64,000 nt of DNA from a virus. Under the pieces are notes generated by a model. The model was given only the letters and a program-made list of their open reading frames with translations, was not told the origin of the DNA and searched no databases. Position 1 is the stretch's first letter. Every line of letters starts with the position of its first letter. Below, in pieces: positions 1 to 8,133 of this stretch. The translations under genes and the position numbers were made by a program. The DNA lies in the IMG/VR virus record IMGVR_UViG_3300049491_000850, positions 31,516 through 95,515 of that record. One strand, given 5' to 3'.

Positions 1-432
1 ATTATAGCCACGCAAAACATAAAATAAACCTGCTTCACCGTATCTCAAATTAAATTTGTGATATATTCTACCAATCAAGTTCCCAAGAATATTGTACGAC
101 ATGAAGTTTAAGCTACTTTCAAATTCCGATGTTGGTGTCATGAAGAAATCAACTTGGAAATTCTGATAGAGCATCGACATCACGTTTCGAACTTTGTGTG
201 TTTCAACTACTCCTAAATCGTTACATATCTCGACAAACCAATTAGGTCGATTCAATACAATGCCAGCATCAAGAATAATATCCACATCACCATAATCGGC
301 TTTACTGTGGTAGGGTGTTGGTATTCCATATCTTTCACCGAAGTGTTTGTCCAATATGGGTTTGAGTGAAGCAAGAATTTCTTCGTACCTCTCTTTATCA
401 ACTCGTCCGGCTTTAAATAAATTACCTCCCAT
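1..432 (-). CDS. Pol-beta/PolX-superfamily nucleotidyltransferase (3' end runs off window)
   Basis: Not in ORF track. Manual translation from ATG at 432: MGGNLFKAGRVDKERYEEILASLKPILDKHFGERYGIPTPYHSKADYGDVDIILD...FQVDFF...ILGNLIGRIYHKFNLRYGEAGL. GDVD (DxD) motif plus a third acidic strand (QVDF); open to window edge. Confidence 0.7.
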   Translation of the reverse strand, partial: MGGNLFKAGRVDKERYEEILASLKPILDKHFGERYGIPTPYHSKADYGDVDIILDAGIVLNRPNWFVEICNDLGVVETHKVRNVMSMLYQNFQVDFFMTPTSEFESSLNFMSYNILGNLIGRIYHKFNLRYGEAGLFYVLRGYN

Positions 433-692
433 TACTCGTAACTTTCGTTTTTTAAAACTCCAATTAATTTTATTAAATCATCTGGTGTTATTGCTTCTTC
501 TGCTTTTGTTTGAAACTCGTCAAATAACTTTTCATAGTTATTCAATGTTGTTTCATTATCTGATACTATTTTCAAAGCATGTCTTGCTTGGAATCCACTA
601 TCTTTTATGATTTGATCATTTTTATAGTTTGCTTCTTCCGCGTAAAACTTTAACGCTTCACTCAATAACTTAATTAAACTTTCGACCTGCAT
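432..692 (-). CDS. hypothetical protein
   Basis: 86-aa ORF; its stop overlaps the downstream ATG (TAATG); tiles with neighbours. Confidence 0.65.
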   Translation of the reverse strand: MQVESLIKLLSEALKFYAEEANYKNDQIIKDSGFQARHALKIVSDNETTLNNYEKLFDEFQTKAEEAITPDDLIKLIGVLKNESYE

Positions 693-1030
693 GCTATGTC
701 AATCTTTTTTAATGCTTCTTTGAGAGGTAGGTTATACAGACCTCCCTTATCGATGTCGTCCATGATGTTTATACTCAGTAACGTATCGTGTTTTCTTTTT
801 TCATCAACTTCAAGATAAATAAATTTGTGCTCCTTTATTAAAAGAACCGACAAAGTATTGAATCTTGTGATACTTGGTCTGATGTCTTCCAAGCTATGTT
901 TATACACACTGTTCAAAATAGTGCGAAAATCGTTCTCGTATTTTTCCCTATTTTCAAGTCCCTTGACTTTCAGTTCATTCTCAAAATCTTCAAAGATTTT
1001 GCGTTTTTGTACCCTTCCTGCGTTTATCAT
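674..1030 (-). CDS. hypothetical protein
   Basis: 118-aa ORF within a co-oriented run of genes. Confidence 0.6.
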   Translation of the reverse strand: MINAGRVQKRKIFEDFENELKVKGLENREKYENDFRTILNSVYKHSLEDIRPSITRFNTLSVLLIKEHKFIYLEVDEKRKHDTLLSINIMDDIDKGGLYNLPLKEALKKIDIACRSKV

Positions 1031-1062
1031 ATTCGTCCGTTTATTGGATTATACGTAAACTA

Positions 1063-1410
1063 TCAGGATTTGTTCTTCTCTTCCAGCAATTGTTTTTGCT
1101 CTTCGATCAATTTTAACATGTCTTTTTTCTCAAATTCGTACAATTTATACTCCCGAAAGTAGGTACAATTCGGGTTTTTTGCAATATTTTTTGAGAAGTA
1201 AACACCCTGAGAATCAGAATTTTCGAACCCAACATATAGTTCGGCATCCACGCTGGCATACGAATAAACCACACCTTTCTTAAAAATAATGAAAAGCATC
1301 TTCTTTCCGGGCAAATAAATCGACTTCATGATGTTTGATGAATCGAAAAGTGCCTCATAAAACAACTCCTGTGTTTCTTCGTCTCTTAATTCCTTGCGTT
1401 CGAGTAGCAT
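1063..1410 (-). CDS. KTSC-domain protein
   Basis: SSNIMKSIY...LFIIFKKGVVYSYASV...FENSDSQGVYFSKNI matches the KTSC pattern. Confidence 0.75.
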   Translation of the reverse strand: MLLERKELRDEETQELFYEALFDSSNIMKSIYLPGKKMLFIIFKKGVVYSYASVDAELYVGFENSDSQGVYFSKNIAKNPNCTYFREYKLYEFEKKDMLKLIEEQKQLLEEKNKS

Positions 1411-1434
1411 TTGCTAAGTATTTATAGTTGAATT

Positions 1435-2202
1435 ATGGCACTACCTAAGAAAAAAACGGATTTTGTTCTTAACCCTCCAAAAGTTGGATCGGAGTATTTG
1501 AATTATGGCATGGAAAGAATTGAAGAACTTATGATCAAAACAGATAAGAGAACCAATTATTTACCAAAAACCATAGGTCTAAAAGACATCGATCAAGCAG
1601 CCTTCGATTTCGTTAAAAACAAAGATATGAAAATTATCATTGATGGGAAAGACGTGCCTGTTATATTTTTGACCAACGAAAGATGGGCAGAATTCTCGAA
1701 AACTTGGCAATATGTTGACCTTGACAAGAATCTTCTTACACCATTCATTACTATCGTAAGATCAGGTGAAGCGGAAGGTACTCGCCTTGGTAAAAGATGG
1801 AACGTTGCTCAAAGAAGATGTTTCAGATATTTGGATGTGCCTATTCTTGATGAAGGTGAAACAATAAATCTTCGTTTCAAAATTCCAGAACCGATCAATG
1901 TAGATGTTAACTTCGATATTCGTCTGTTCACGAAATATCAAAACGATCTTAATACTTTTGATGAAAAGGTTTTAAGAACTTTTGCAAGCAGACAAGCCTA
2001 TACTTGGATCAAAGGAAACCCTATGCCTATTGTTCACGAATCGTCAGGTACTCCCGGAAATTCTGTTCAAGATGTCAAAGGGGATAGAATGTATGTGAAG
2101 CAACATCAAATCAGAGTGCAAGGTTTTATTCAATCAGATAAAGATTTTCAAATTACAAAAACAACAAGACTACCGAATATTGGTATTACCAATGTCGATT
2201 AA
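1435..2202 (+). CDS. putative tail completion / sheath-stabiliser (gp15/gp3-like) protein
   Basis: DID-AFDFV, VPVIF..ERW, PFITIVR, P.NVDVNFDI..FTKY..D.N pattern typical of myophage neck/tail terminators; preceded by GTATTTATA motif. Confidence 0.55.
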   Translation: MALPKKKTDFVLNPPKVGSEYLNYGMERIEELMIKTDKRTNYLPKTIGLKDIDQAAFDFVKNKDMKIIIDGKDVPVIFLTNERWAEFSKTWQYVDLDKNLLTPFITIVRSGEAEGTRLGKRWNVAQRRCFRYLDVPILDEGETINLRFKIPEPINVDVNFDIRLFTKYQNDLNTFDEKVLRTFASRQAYTWIKGNPMPIVHESSGTPGNSVQDVKGDRMYVKQHQIRVQGFIQSDKDFQITKTTRLPNIGITNVD

Positions 2203-2325
2203 TCTTTCAATTTCATTTTTTGAAAAAATTATTTCTTGATCATCGATACCAATCATAATTTTTGGTGTTACCACACTATAATTTTCTCTAATGAGATATT
2301 CTATTATTTCGTTTTCAATACTCAC
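2170..2325 (-). CDS. possible small hypothetical protein (51 aa, GTG start)
   Basis: Manual translation MSIENEIIEYLIRENYSVVTPKIMIGIDDQEIIFSKNEIERLIDIGNTNIR; fills an otherwise empty gap but starts at the edge of a terminator. Confidence 0.3.
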   Translation of the reverse strand: MSIENEIIEYLIRENYSVVTPKIMIGIDDQEIIFSKNEIERLIDIGNTNIR

Positions 2326-2366
2326 AAAAAAGGGTTAAATTTTTACAAATCTAACCCTTTTTTTGT
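2324..2366. terminator. hairpin with A/T tails on both sides (bidirectional intrinsic terminator)
   Basis: ACAAAAAAGGGTTA...TAACCCTTTTTTTGT between convergent genes. Confidence 0.65.
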
Positions 2367-2379
2367 TCCTTTAAAATTC

Positions 2380-3177
2380 TTATACTACGCCTAGTTGTGC
2401 TAATATTCTTGGTAAGACTTGTCTTGCTGCTGCCACTAATTCACCAGCCTTGATTGAAGATAATCCACCTTCTGCTGCTGCCAATCCTGCCTGACCAGTT
2501 GCGCCAGCATGAAGTGCTCCTGTTGCACCAACACCAAAGAATGATGCAATGATTCCATAGAACACTAATTTATTTACCATTTTTCTTTTTGCTGGATCAA
2601 GTTTTTGTGTTACTGGTGCAAGTGCTTTATCAATAAGATGCTCATATGTATGGTGCATTTTATCCCCAAAATCTTTTGCTTTCTGACCAAATTGTGAAAG
2701 ATCACCACTACCAACTTTCTTACCTAAAAATGATGCTGCTGCACCAATTAATTTTGTGATTGCTGGAAGTGCCAATGCAGTACCACCAATTAATGAAAAC
2801 AATGCTTCATCTAATTCTTGGGACTCTTGAATTGGTTGTGTTGGTACAGTACCTTGGACTGTTTGAGTTGGCGATACTGGTTGCTGAGGTTGTACCGTTT
2901 GTTGAGCACTTACAGGTTGTTGTAATTGATCAGGTTGACCCGCCAATTCTAATTGACCATCCTTATCACCTGTAGTTTTAGCAGCATTTGCCAAGGCATT
3001 TGGAAGTTCTCCCATTACCTGATTTAATGCTGCCGTAACTTGTTGTTCGAATGCGGCTTCTTCATTTGGATCAATGGTTTCATTAGTCACGATACTTTCG
3101 TTCATTGACTTTTTACCGTTGTATCCGGTCAAATATTTCATTCTGCTGATATGTTCGTTCAGACTACTTTTTCTCAT
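2380..3177 (-). CDS. putative internal head / ejected protein with Gln/Pro-rich linker and hydrophobic helices
   Basis: N-terminal SLNEHISRMKYLTGY motif shared with 39779; QQPV repeats; Gly/Ala-rich apolar C-half; late motif upstream. Confidence 0.5.
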   Translation of the reverse strand: MRKSSLNEHISRMKYLTGYNGKKSMNESIVTNETIDPNEEAAFEQQVTAALNQVMGELPNALANAAKTTGDKDGQLELAGQPDQLQQPVSAQQTVQPQQPVSPTQTVQGTVPTQPIQESQELDEALFSLIGGTALALPAITKLIGAAASFLGKKVGSGDLSQFGQKAKDFGDKMHHTYEHLIDKALAPVTQKLDPAKRKMVNKLVFYGIIASFFGVGATGALHAGATGQAGLAAAEGGLSSIKAGELVAAARQVLPRILAQLGVV

Positions 3178-3203
3178 AAAAACTGCGATTTCTCTATAAA
3201 TAC

Positions 3204-3980
3204 TTAAATTGTAATGTAACTTCCGCTATTGTCAAACGTATTTCCAGAAGGATAATTAGGTTTTTCAACCGGAATCGACTGCACCGTAGCATTGACGAAC
3301 GAGTCGTATACAGGGTTAAGTAATTCTCTCAATACTATTGGTGTGTAAACTGGCACGAAACTATATTGAAGCGTATTGGGGTTAATGTTAATTTTGTGAT
3401 AAAGTTTCTCCTGTGTTGTGACAGCAGGTGCATTTTGATTAAAGAAGGAGTAAAACTTACCAGACTTTGCAGAATAAAATAAAAACTTAATATAGAAATC
3501 TCTACTAGTTCCACTCATGCTATCTAAAACAGATTGTGCAACATAGAGATTAGAAAATTCATTGTCAGCATTGAAGGTGTAACTTGCCACCAGATTACTT
3601 TTTGCAAAATCAAAACCGTTATAGTATCCAGTATGTTTTTTGCTTTGCACTTCATCTCTAAACGAATCAAATAATTGAATCACATAGAAACTGTTTTTTG
3701 CTGCAACAGTGTTGTAGTCAGTGAAACCAGTAAATTCCAACGGTGCTACTTTATTACTTGTATATATTGTACCATTCCAAAACTGAAATTGAATTATTGC
3801 AGAGGCACTTGGAAGTATTCTTCTTGTTTCAGCATCAGTAACATCATTGATTGAAGTATCTGTTTCATCTTCCACAGCTTTTGTTACATCATCATCATAA
3901 CCCAATAGGTTTCCAATTCCTTTAAGTGGAATCATTATACTCTGATCATTATCCGTTAATCTAATTGAAATCTTTTTCAT
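3204..3980 (-). CDS. putative virion structural protein
   Basis: Beta-rich Thr/Ser/Asn composition; ATG at 3980 overlaps the upstream TAA (TAATG). Confidence 0.55.
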   Translation of the reverse strand: MKKISIRLTDNDQSIMIPLKGIGNLLGYDDDVTKAVEDETDTSINDVTDAETRRILPSASAIIQFQFWNGTIYTSNKVAPLEFTGFTDYNTVAAKNSFYVIQLFDSFRDEVQSKKHTGYYNGFDFAKSNLVASYTFNADNEFSNLYVAQSVLDSMSGTSRDFYIKFLFYSAKSGKFYSFFNQNAPAVTTQEKLYHKININPNTLQYSFVPVYTPIVLRELLNPVYDSFVNATVQSIPVEKPNYPSGNTFDNSGSYITI

Positions 3981-5134
3981 TAGGTGCATCTATTACCTAA
4001 ACCACTCAAAGGAGTGTTCGGTTTAGTATTAAGTTTAGAGTTAGGGCCGAACTTGATTGCGCTGAACACACTGTTGGTATTTGCATGATCAGGATCAGGT
4101 GTCAATGGCAACGTAATTGGAGTGAATACGTAATGTCTTTTATTAACAAACGGATAATCAACTCCCGAATTAGTTATTGGATCGATATAACCGTTAGGTA
4201 GAATATCTCTCCACACATAATTACCATTTCCGTCTGGTATTAACGTTGCATATGAAGGAATAGTAAAATCGTTTTCAGTTCCACCTGAAATATTCGCAGT
4301 GATTACTTCATCACCGAAATCTCTAAGTTTGATTGGAATGAACGGATTATACTTGAACTGTAACACACCAACATCGTAAGGAAATGTTATATAGTTTGTC
4401 ATTCTTTTTTCAACCGTTTGACTGAAAGATAAGAGTTGATAATTAACAACGTCACCCATCAATACGTCACCAACATTGTAGCCAGTACTCATATTATAGA
4501 CAACATCTTCGTATGTTTCAGTTATCCAATTATAATATTTATAAGTTTCGGGCGTACCGTTTCCGTTCGTTCTTTTCTTATAGACAAAATGTAAATAAAG
4601 TTCTGTAAACGGAAATCCAAAAGAATCTCTATACCCTTCAAGACTAAAGTCAATGTTGAACCCATAATTATAATTAAAATTGAAGAAGATATTTCTCCCG
4701 AAGCCAGCCTTGAATACTTCCCCGTTTCCCAACTTAGTTGCAACAACGTAATTTCTTATATAAGAGTCTCCACTTATATGTGTATGCCCGGTTGACGGGT
4801 AACATAGGTACATGTCAAATGAATATGGTAGGTTTTTCGTATTACCACTTAATTCATCCCCAAGTCTTGGTGGAGTGAAGAAATCGGTTAACACTTTGTA
4901 TTGACGTTTTAGTCCATTAATAATAGAGATAAAATCCGCTCTGCCGTAAACACGATATGTTTCGCTCTCTTGTCTCTCTGCATCAAATAACGCTGCCACA
5001 TCAATAACTGAGGATTCATTATAGGAAAGGATTTCCATTGAAGAGTTTGTGAGTTCAATATTAATGTTCTGGTCAACATTAATAGCATCCACATTCTTCT
5101 TCGAACCCAACTGTATGATCAAATTTTCATCCAT
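3980..5134 (-). CDS. putative virion structural (baseplate-associated) protein
   Basis: FDAERQES..YRVYG and WRDILPNGYID....GVDYPFVNKRHY motifs; late motif at 5139-5147. Confidence 0.55.
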   Translation of the reverse strand: MDENLIIQLGSKKNVDAINVDQNINIELTNSSMEILSYNESSVIDVAALFDAERQESETYRVYGRADFISIINGLKRQYKVLTDFFTPPRLGDELSGNTKNLPYSFDMYLCYPSTGHTHISGDSYIRNYVVATKLGNGEVFKAGFGRNIFFNFNYNYGFNIDFSLEGYRDSFGFPFTELYLHFVYKKRTNGNGTPETYKYYNWITETYEDVVYNMSTGYNVGDVLMGDVVNYQLLSFSQTVEKRMTNYITFPYDVGVLQFKYNPFIPIKLRDFGDEVITANISGGTENDFTIPSYATLIPDGNGNYVWRDILPNGYIDPITNSGVDYPFVNKRHYVFTPITLPLTPDPDHANTNSVFSAIKFGPNSKLNTKPNTPLSGLGNRCT

Positions 5135-5170
5135 ATCCTATAAATAGTTCAAAAAATTATTGGGTTTTGC

Positions 5171-5200
5171 GCAACCTTTAATCAAAACCCCCGTATAATA
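5171..5200 (+). promoter_or_regulatory. ECF-type promoter candidate (AAC-N16-CGT)
   Basis: GCAACCTTT...CCGTATAATA with AAC at 5173 and CGT at 5192; same architecture at 50984/51003. Confidence 0.4.
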
Positions 5201-5239
5201 CAATAGAAAGCAATTAAAAACTTTAAAAAAACAAGAATT

Positions 5240-5764
5240 ATGAAAAACAAGAATTTAGTATCCCTTTTGGCAATCGCAATGATCGCCCTCTTTTCAGTAA
5301 CTTTAACAAGTTGCGGTGATGAATCGGAAGACCCTAAACCAGCAACGAAGACTGACCTGCAAAAGGTTCAGGAAGCGATTGCAGGTTCTACATGGACACT
5401 TGAGACTGCTACAGTTGAAACTGGTTCTCAAAGTTATCACTACAATGGTGATTGTGATTTTACCGTGTTCGCTGGTAACACTGCACTTGCCACTAACTCA
5501 ACTGATTTTGCATACACTTTCAGTGCTGATGGTACTAAGGTATCTTATGTTGAACAGTGTGGTTCACAAACAGGTACTAATATTCCGTACACTGTTACGC
5601 AATCAGGTAACGTTTATACTGTTACTTATAAGCACGGATCGTCAGACGTTAAATTTGAACTTCTTACTCAACTTGAGGATATTAATGACACTGAGATAAA
5701 TGTGAAACGAGTTTCCCCGCTTTATGGTGGAGCAACATACGTGAAACTTATCTTCGCAAAATAA
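5240..5764 (+). CDS. Bacteroidota-type lipoprotein (lipocalin-like fold possible)
   Basis: Basic N-terminus, hydrophobic core, lipobox LTSC, then acidic GDESED; IAGSTWTL lipocalin-like start; has its own promoter and terminator. Confidence 0.75.
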   Translation: MKNKNLVSLLAIAMIALFSVTLTSCGDESEDPKPATKTDLQKVQEAIAGSTWTLETATVETGSQSYHYNGDCDFTVFAGNTALATNSTDFAYTFSADGTKVSYVEQCGSQTGTNIPYTVTQSGNVYTVTYKHGSSDVKFELLTQLEDINDTEINVKRVSPLYGGATYVKLIFAK

Positions 5765-5782
5765 GCCCCACTTTAAATAAAC

Positions 5783-5814
5783 AAAAAAGCCTCCCGATAA
5801 AGGAGGCTTTTTTT
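5783..5814. terminator. bidirectional intrinsic terminator
   Basis: AAAAAAGCCTCC-cgataaa-GGAGGCTTTTTTT between convergent genes. Confidence 0.85.
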
Positions 5815-7999
5815 ATGCACTTATAATTCCATTCTCTAGTAAGAATCGAATGATGTCAGAAGTTTTAATACCACGATAGAAGTATGACGAACCAGAAGTC
5901 TTTTTTGGATAGTCACCTTCCAATGCGTTAGGGCCGGAAAACACAACATCACCAGAAGTAAATCCTTTTTGATCTGGAATTGATTGTACAATTTTAACCA
6001 AATCACTTTGTGGCACTTCAACAAATGTTGCTTTGTGCATATCTGATCTCAAGAAATATGATAAATCGGTTCTAAAGCCAACAACTCGATATGGATTTGT
6101 GATTGTCATATCAGTACCACTACCATAATCAGTTGACAATAATCTAGTAACGTCATACGTACCAGCAGTGTAATTAGCAATTTGTGGAAAGTATATACAA
6201 AAGTTTAACCATTCAGCACCAAAAACTGGTCTGTTTGGAAGTATTTCACCACCACCACTACCTCCTTTTCCCCAATCTGCAATTCCATTGTATGCAAACC
6301 CTTCATCAACATCAGCACTTGGATAAAATTCAGGGAATGCATCGACATCTGCTTGAGTAACCACATCTCCTACGTTACCAGCATTCCACCAGATGCTTTG
6401 AGTAATGTCATCAAATCTAATTGGTTCATTGCTAACACCTTCGTATTCCTTCATCAAACCATGATATTTTGATATTGTATATATTTTCCCACCAGTGAAC
6501 TTAAAAAATTGTTTACGCCATGCTTCATTCAATGCAAGACGATCAGCCTGATTTTTTCCGGCAACAGTTCCGGCTCTTTCAGAAGTAAATGTTTTAAGAT
6601 CAGTAACTCCCGCATAATAATTAGATACTGCATATTGAGGTATTTTTAAACGACCTCTATCACTTCTATCTCTATCAGTTCTCGATCTGCCGGGTGGATT
6701 ATTATAAAAATCTAATTCAGGTGCATAGTTAATAATGAACATTCCATAAAAATCAGTGAATATTCCTGCTGGATCATCTTCTGTTGTCGGAACGAGAACA
6801 CCAAATTCATCAACAACCATTTTATTTCTATTACATGGCAGTGTTAAAATAAAAACACCATCATCAATAATTTCACCATATTGTGTTTTAGCTAATAATT
6901 GAATATCACTCTGTGTATTGATATTGGCTGCGGTGAATATGTTAAGGTTCACAGTGGTATCAACTGAGGTGCTAACAGGACTAATTTCTGATTCTGTTAT
7001 ATTGGGATTTATCGTGTATACGTCAATTGAATATTTACCGATTCTTTTTGATGCGATACCGTTATTAAATTTTACACCTTGATTTCTCGTTGAACCATTA
7101 GCCTCTAAAGTTCTATTAATACTCATGGCAGACATTGAGTCATCTCTATCACCAAAGAAATTATCATAACCCCACACAGCATCATAGTTGTCTGTGAATC
7201 CTGCACCGAACACGGTTACAGAAGTTACGAGTGTTGCTTTGATTTTAAAATCCTGACGAGTAATACCTATTTCGAAATTATCCGAGTCACCCCAAAAAGG
7301 TCTTACGTCAACACTTACATTTTGTAAATCAATACTTGGAATGTTATCTAAGTCAGTACTGAATTTAATTTTATTTCCGTTGAACAATTGTTCAGCATAA
7401 CCTAATTGACTAACCATTGTTGCCGGAGTCATTGAGTATTGACCAATGTCAGTGATGTCAACTGACATGTGAACGGTTTGAATACCTATTGGTGCTCCAA
7501 AAATCATATAGTCACCTGATTGATTGGTGACAGTTGTGAACTTGTAGTATTTCTGATACACCTCCAAATAAGTTGGATTGGTTGTGAATTCCTCTTTGGT
7601 AGCAAAGGTTCCTACTGGAACTGCTGGTGCATACGAACCTACTATAAGGAATGGATTGTTAACTGCAACTCTTGGTAGCAAGTTATATTTCACACCATCA
7701 AGGTTTTTATCACGGGGAGACGTATAGGGATAGATCGCAGTAATCTCTGAATTAGCTGCATCTTCATCCGACAACGGGATGAAAACCGAAATCTTTGCAT
7801 TTGGGATACCGATACCTCCATTTGCTACAACTCTACCCACGATTACACCATAATCCGAATTGAAGGTTCCATAGATGTCTTTTTGACTGATTTTGAGCGA
7901 TAATATCTCAAAAAAATCAACATCGTTTTCTAGTTTAGTTGTTAAGTATTTATCTGTACCTCCTACGGTGGTTCTGATTCTGACAGACTTATTTGACAT
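5813..7999 (-). CDS. large virion structural protein with N-terminal prealbumin/carboxypeptidase-regulatory-like beta domain
   Basis: GVIVGRVVANGGIGIPNAKISVF...TTVTNQSGDYMIFGAPIG; late motif at 8017-8025. Confidence 0.55.
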   Translation of the reverse strand: MSNKSVRIRTTVGGTDKYLTTKLENDVDFFEILSLKISQKDIYGTFNSDYGVIVGRVVANGGIGIPNAKISVFIPLSDEDAANSEITAIYPYTSPRDKNLDGVKYNLLPRVAVNNPFLIVGSYAPAVPVGTFATKEEFTTNPTYLEVYQKYYKFTTVTNQSGDYMIFGAPIGIQTVHMSVDITDIGQYSMTPATMVSQLGYAEQLFNGNKIKFSTDLDNIPSIDLQNVSVDVRPFWGDSDNFEIGITRQDFKIKATLVTSVTVFGAGFTDNYDAVWGYDNFFGDRDDSMSAMSINRTLEANGSTRNQGVKFNNGIASKRIGKYSIDVYTINPNITESEISPVSTSVDTTVNLNIFTAANINTQSDIQLLAKTQYGEIIDDGVFILTLPCNRNKMVVDEFGVLVPTTEDDPAGIFTDFYGMFIINYAPELDFYNNPPGRSRTDRDRSDRGRLKIPQYAVSNYYAGVTDLKTFTSERAGTVAGKNQADRLALNEAWRKQFFKFTGGKIYTISKYHGLMKEYEGVSNEPIRFDDITQSIWWNAGNVGDVVTQADVDAFPEFYPSADVDEGFAYNGIADWGKGGSGGGEILPNRPVFGAEWLNFCIYFPQIANYTAGTYDVTRLLSTDYGSGTDMTITNPYRVVGFRTDLSYFLRSDMHKATFVEVPQSDLVKIVQSIPDQKGFTSGDVVFSGPNALEGDYPKKTSGSSYFYRGIKTSDIIRFLLENGIISA

Positions 8000-8016
8000 A
8001 GTTTGATATTATACTT

Positions 8017-8071
8017 TATAAATACAAATCTAAGAAATTAACTGATTTTGTTCGCAGAGAAAGTATTTATA
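8017..8071. promoter_or_regulatory. back-to-back phage late-promoter motifs (GTATTTATA) for divergent structural genes
   Basis: TATAAATAC at 8017-8025 (minus sense) and GTATTTATA at 8063-8071. Confidence 0.6.
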
Positions 8072-8133
8072 AAAAAATGTTGAATTCAGGACAAGGGATT
8101 TAATAACAATAAACTAAAATTCAATAACAAAAC

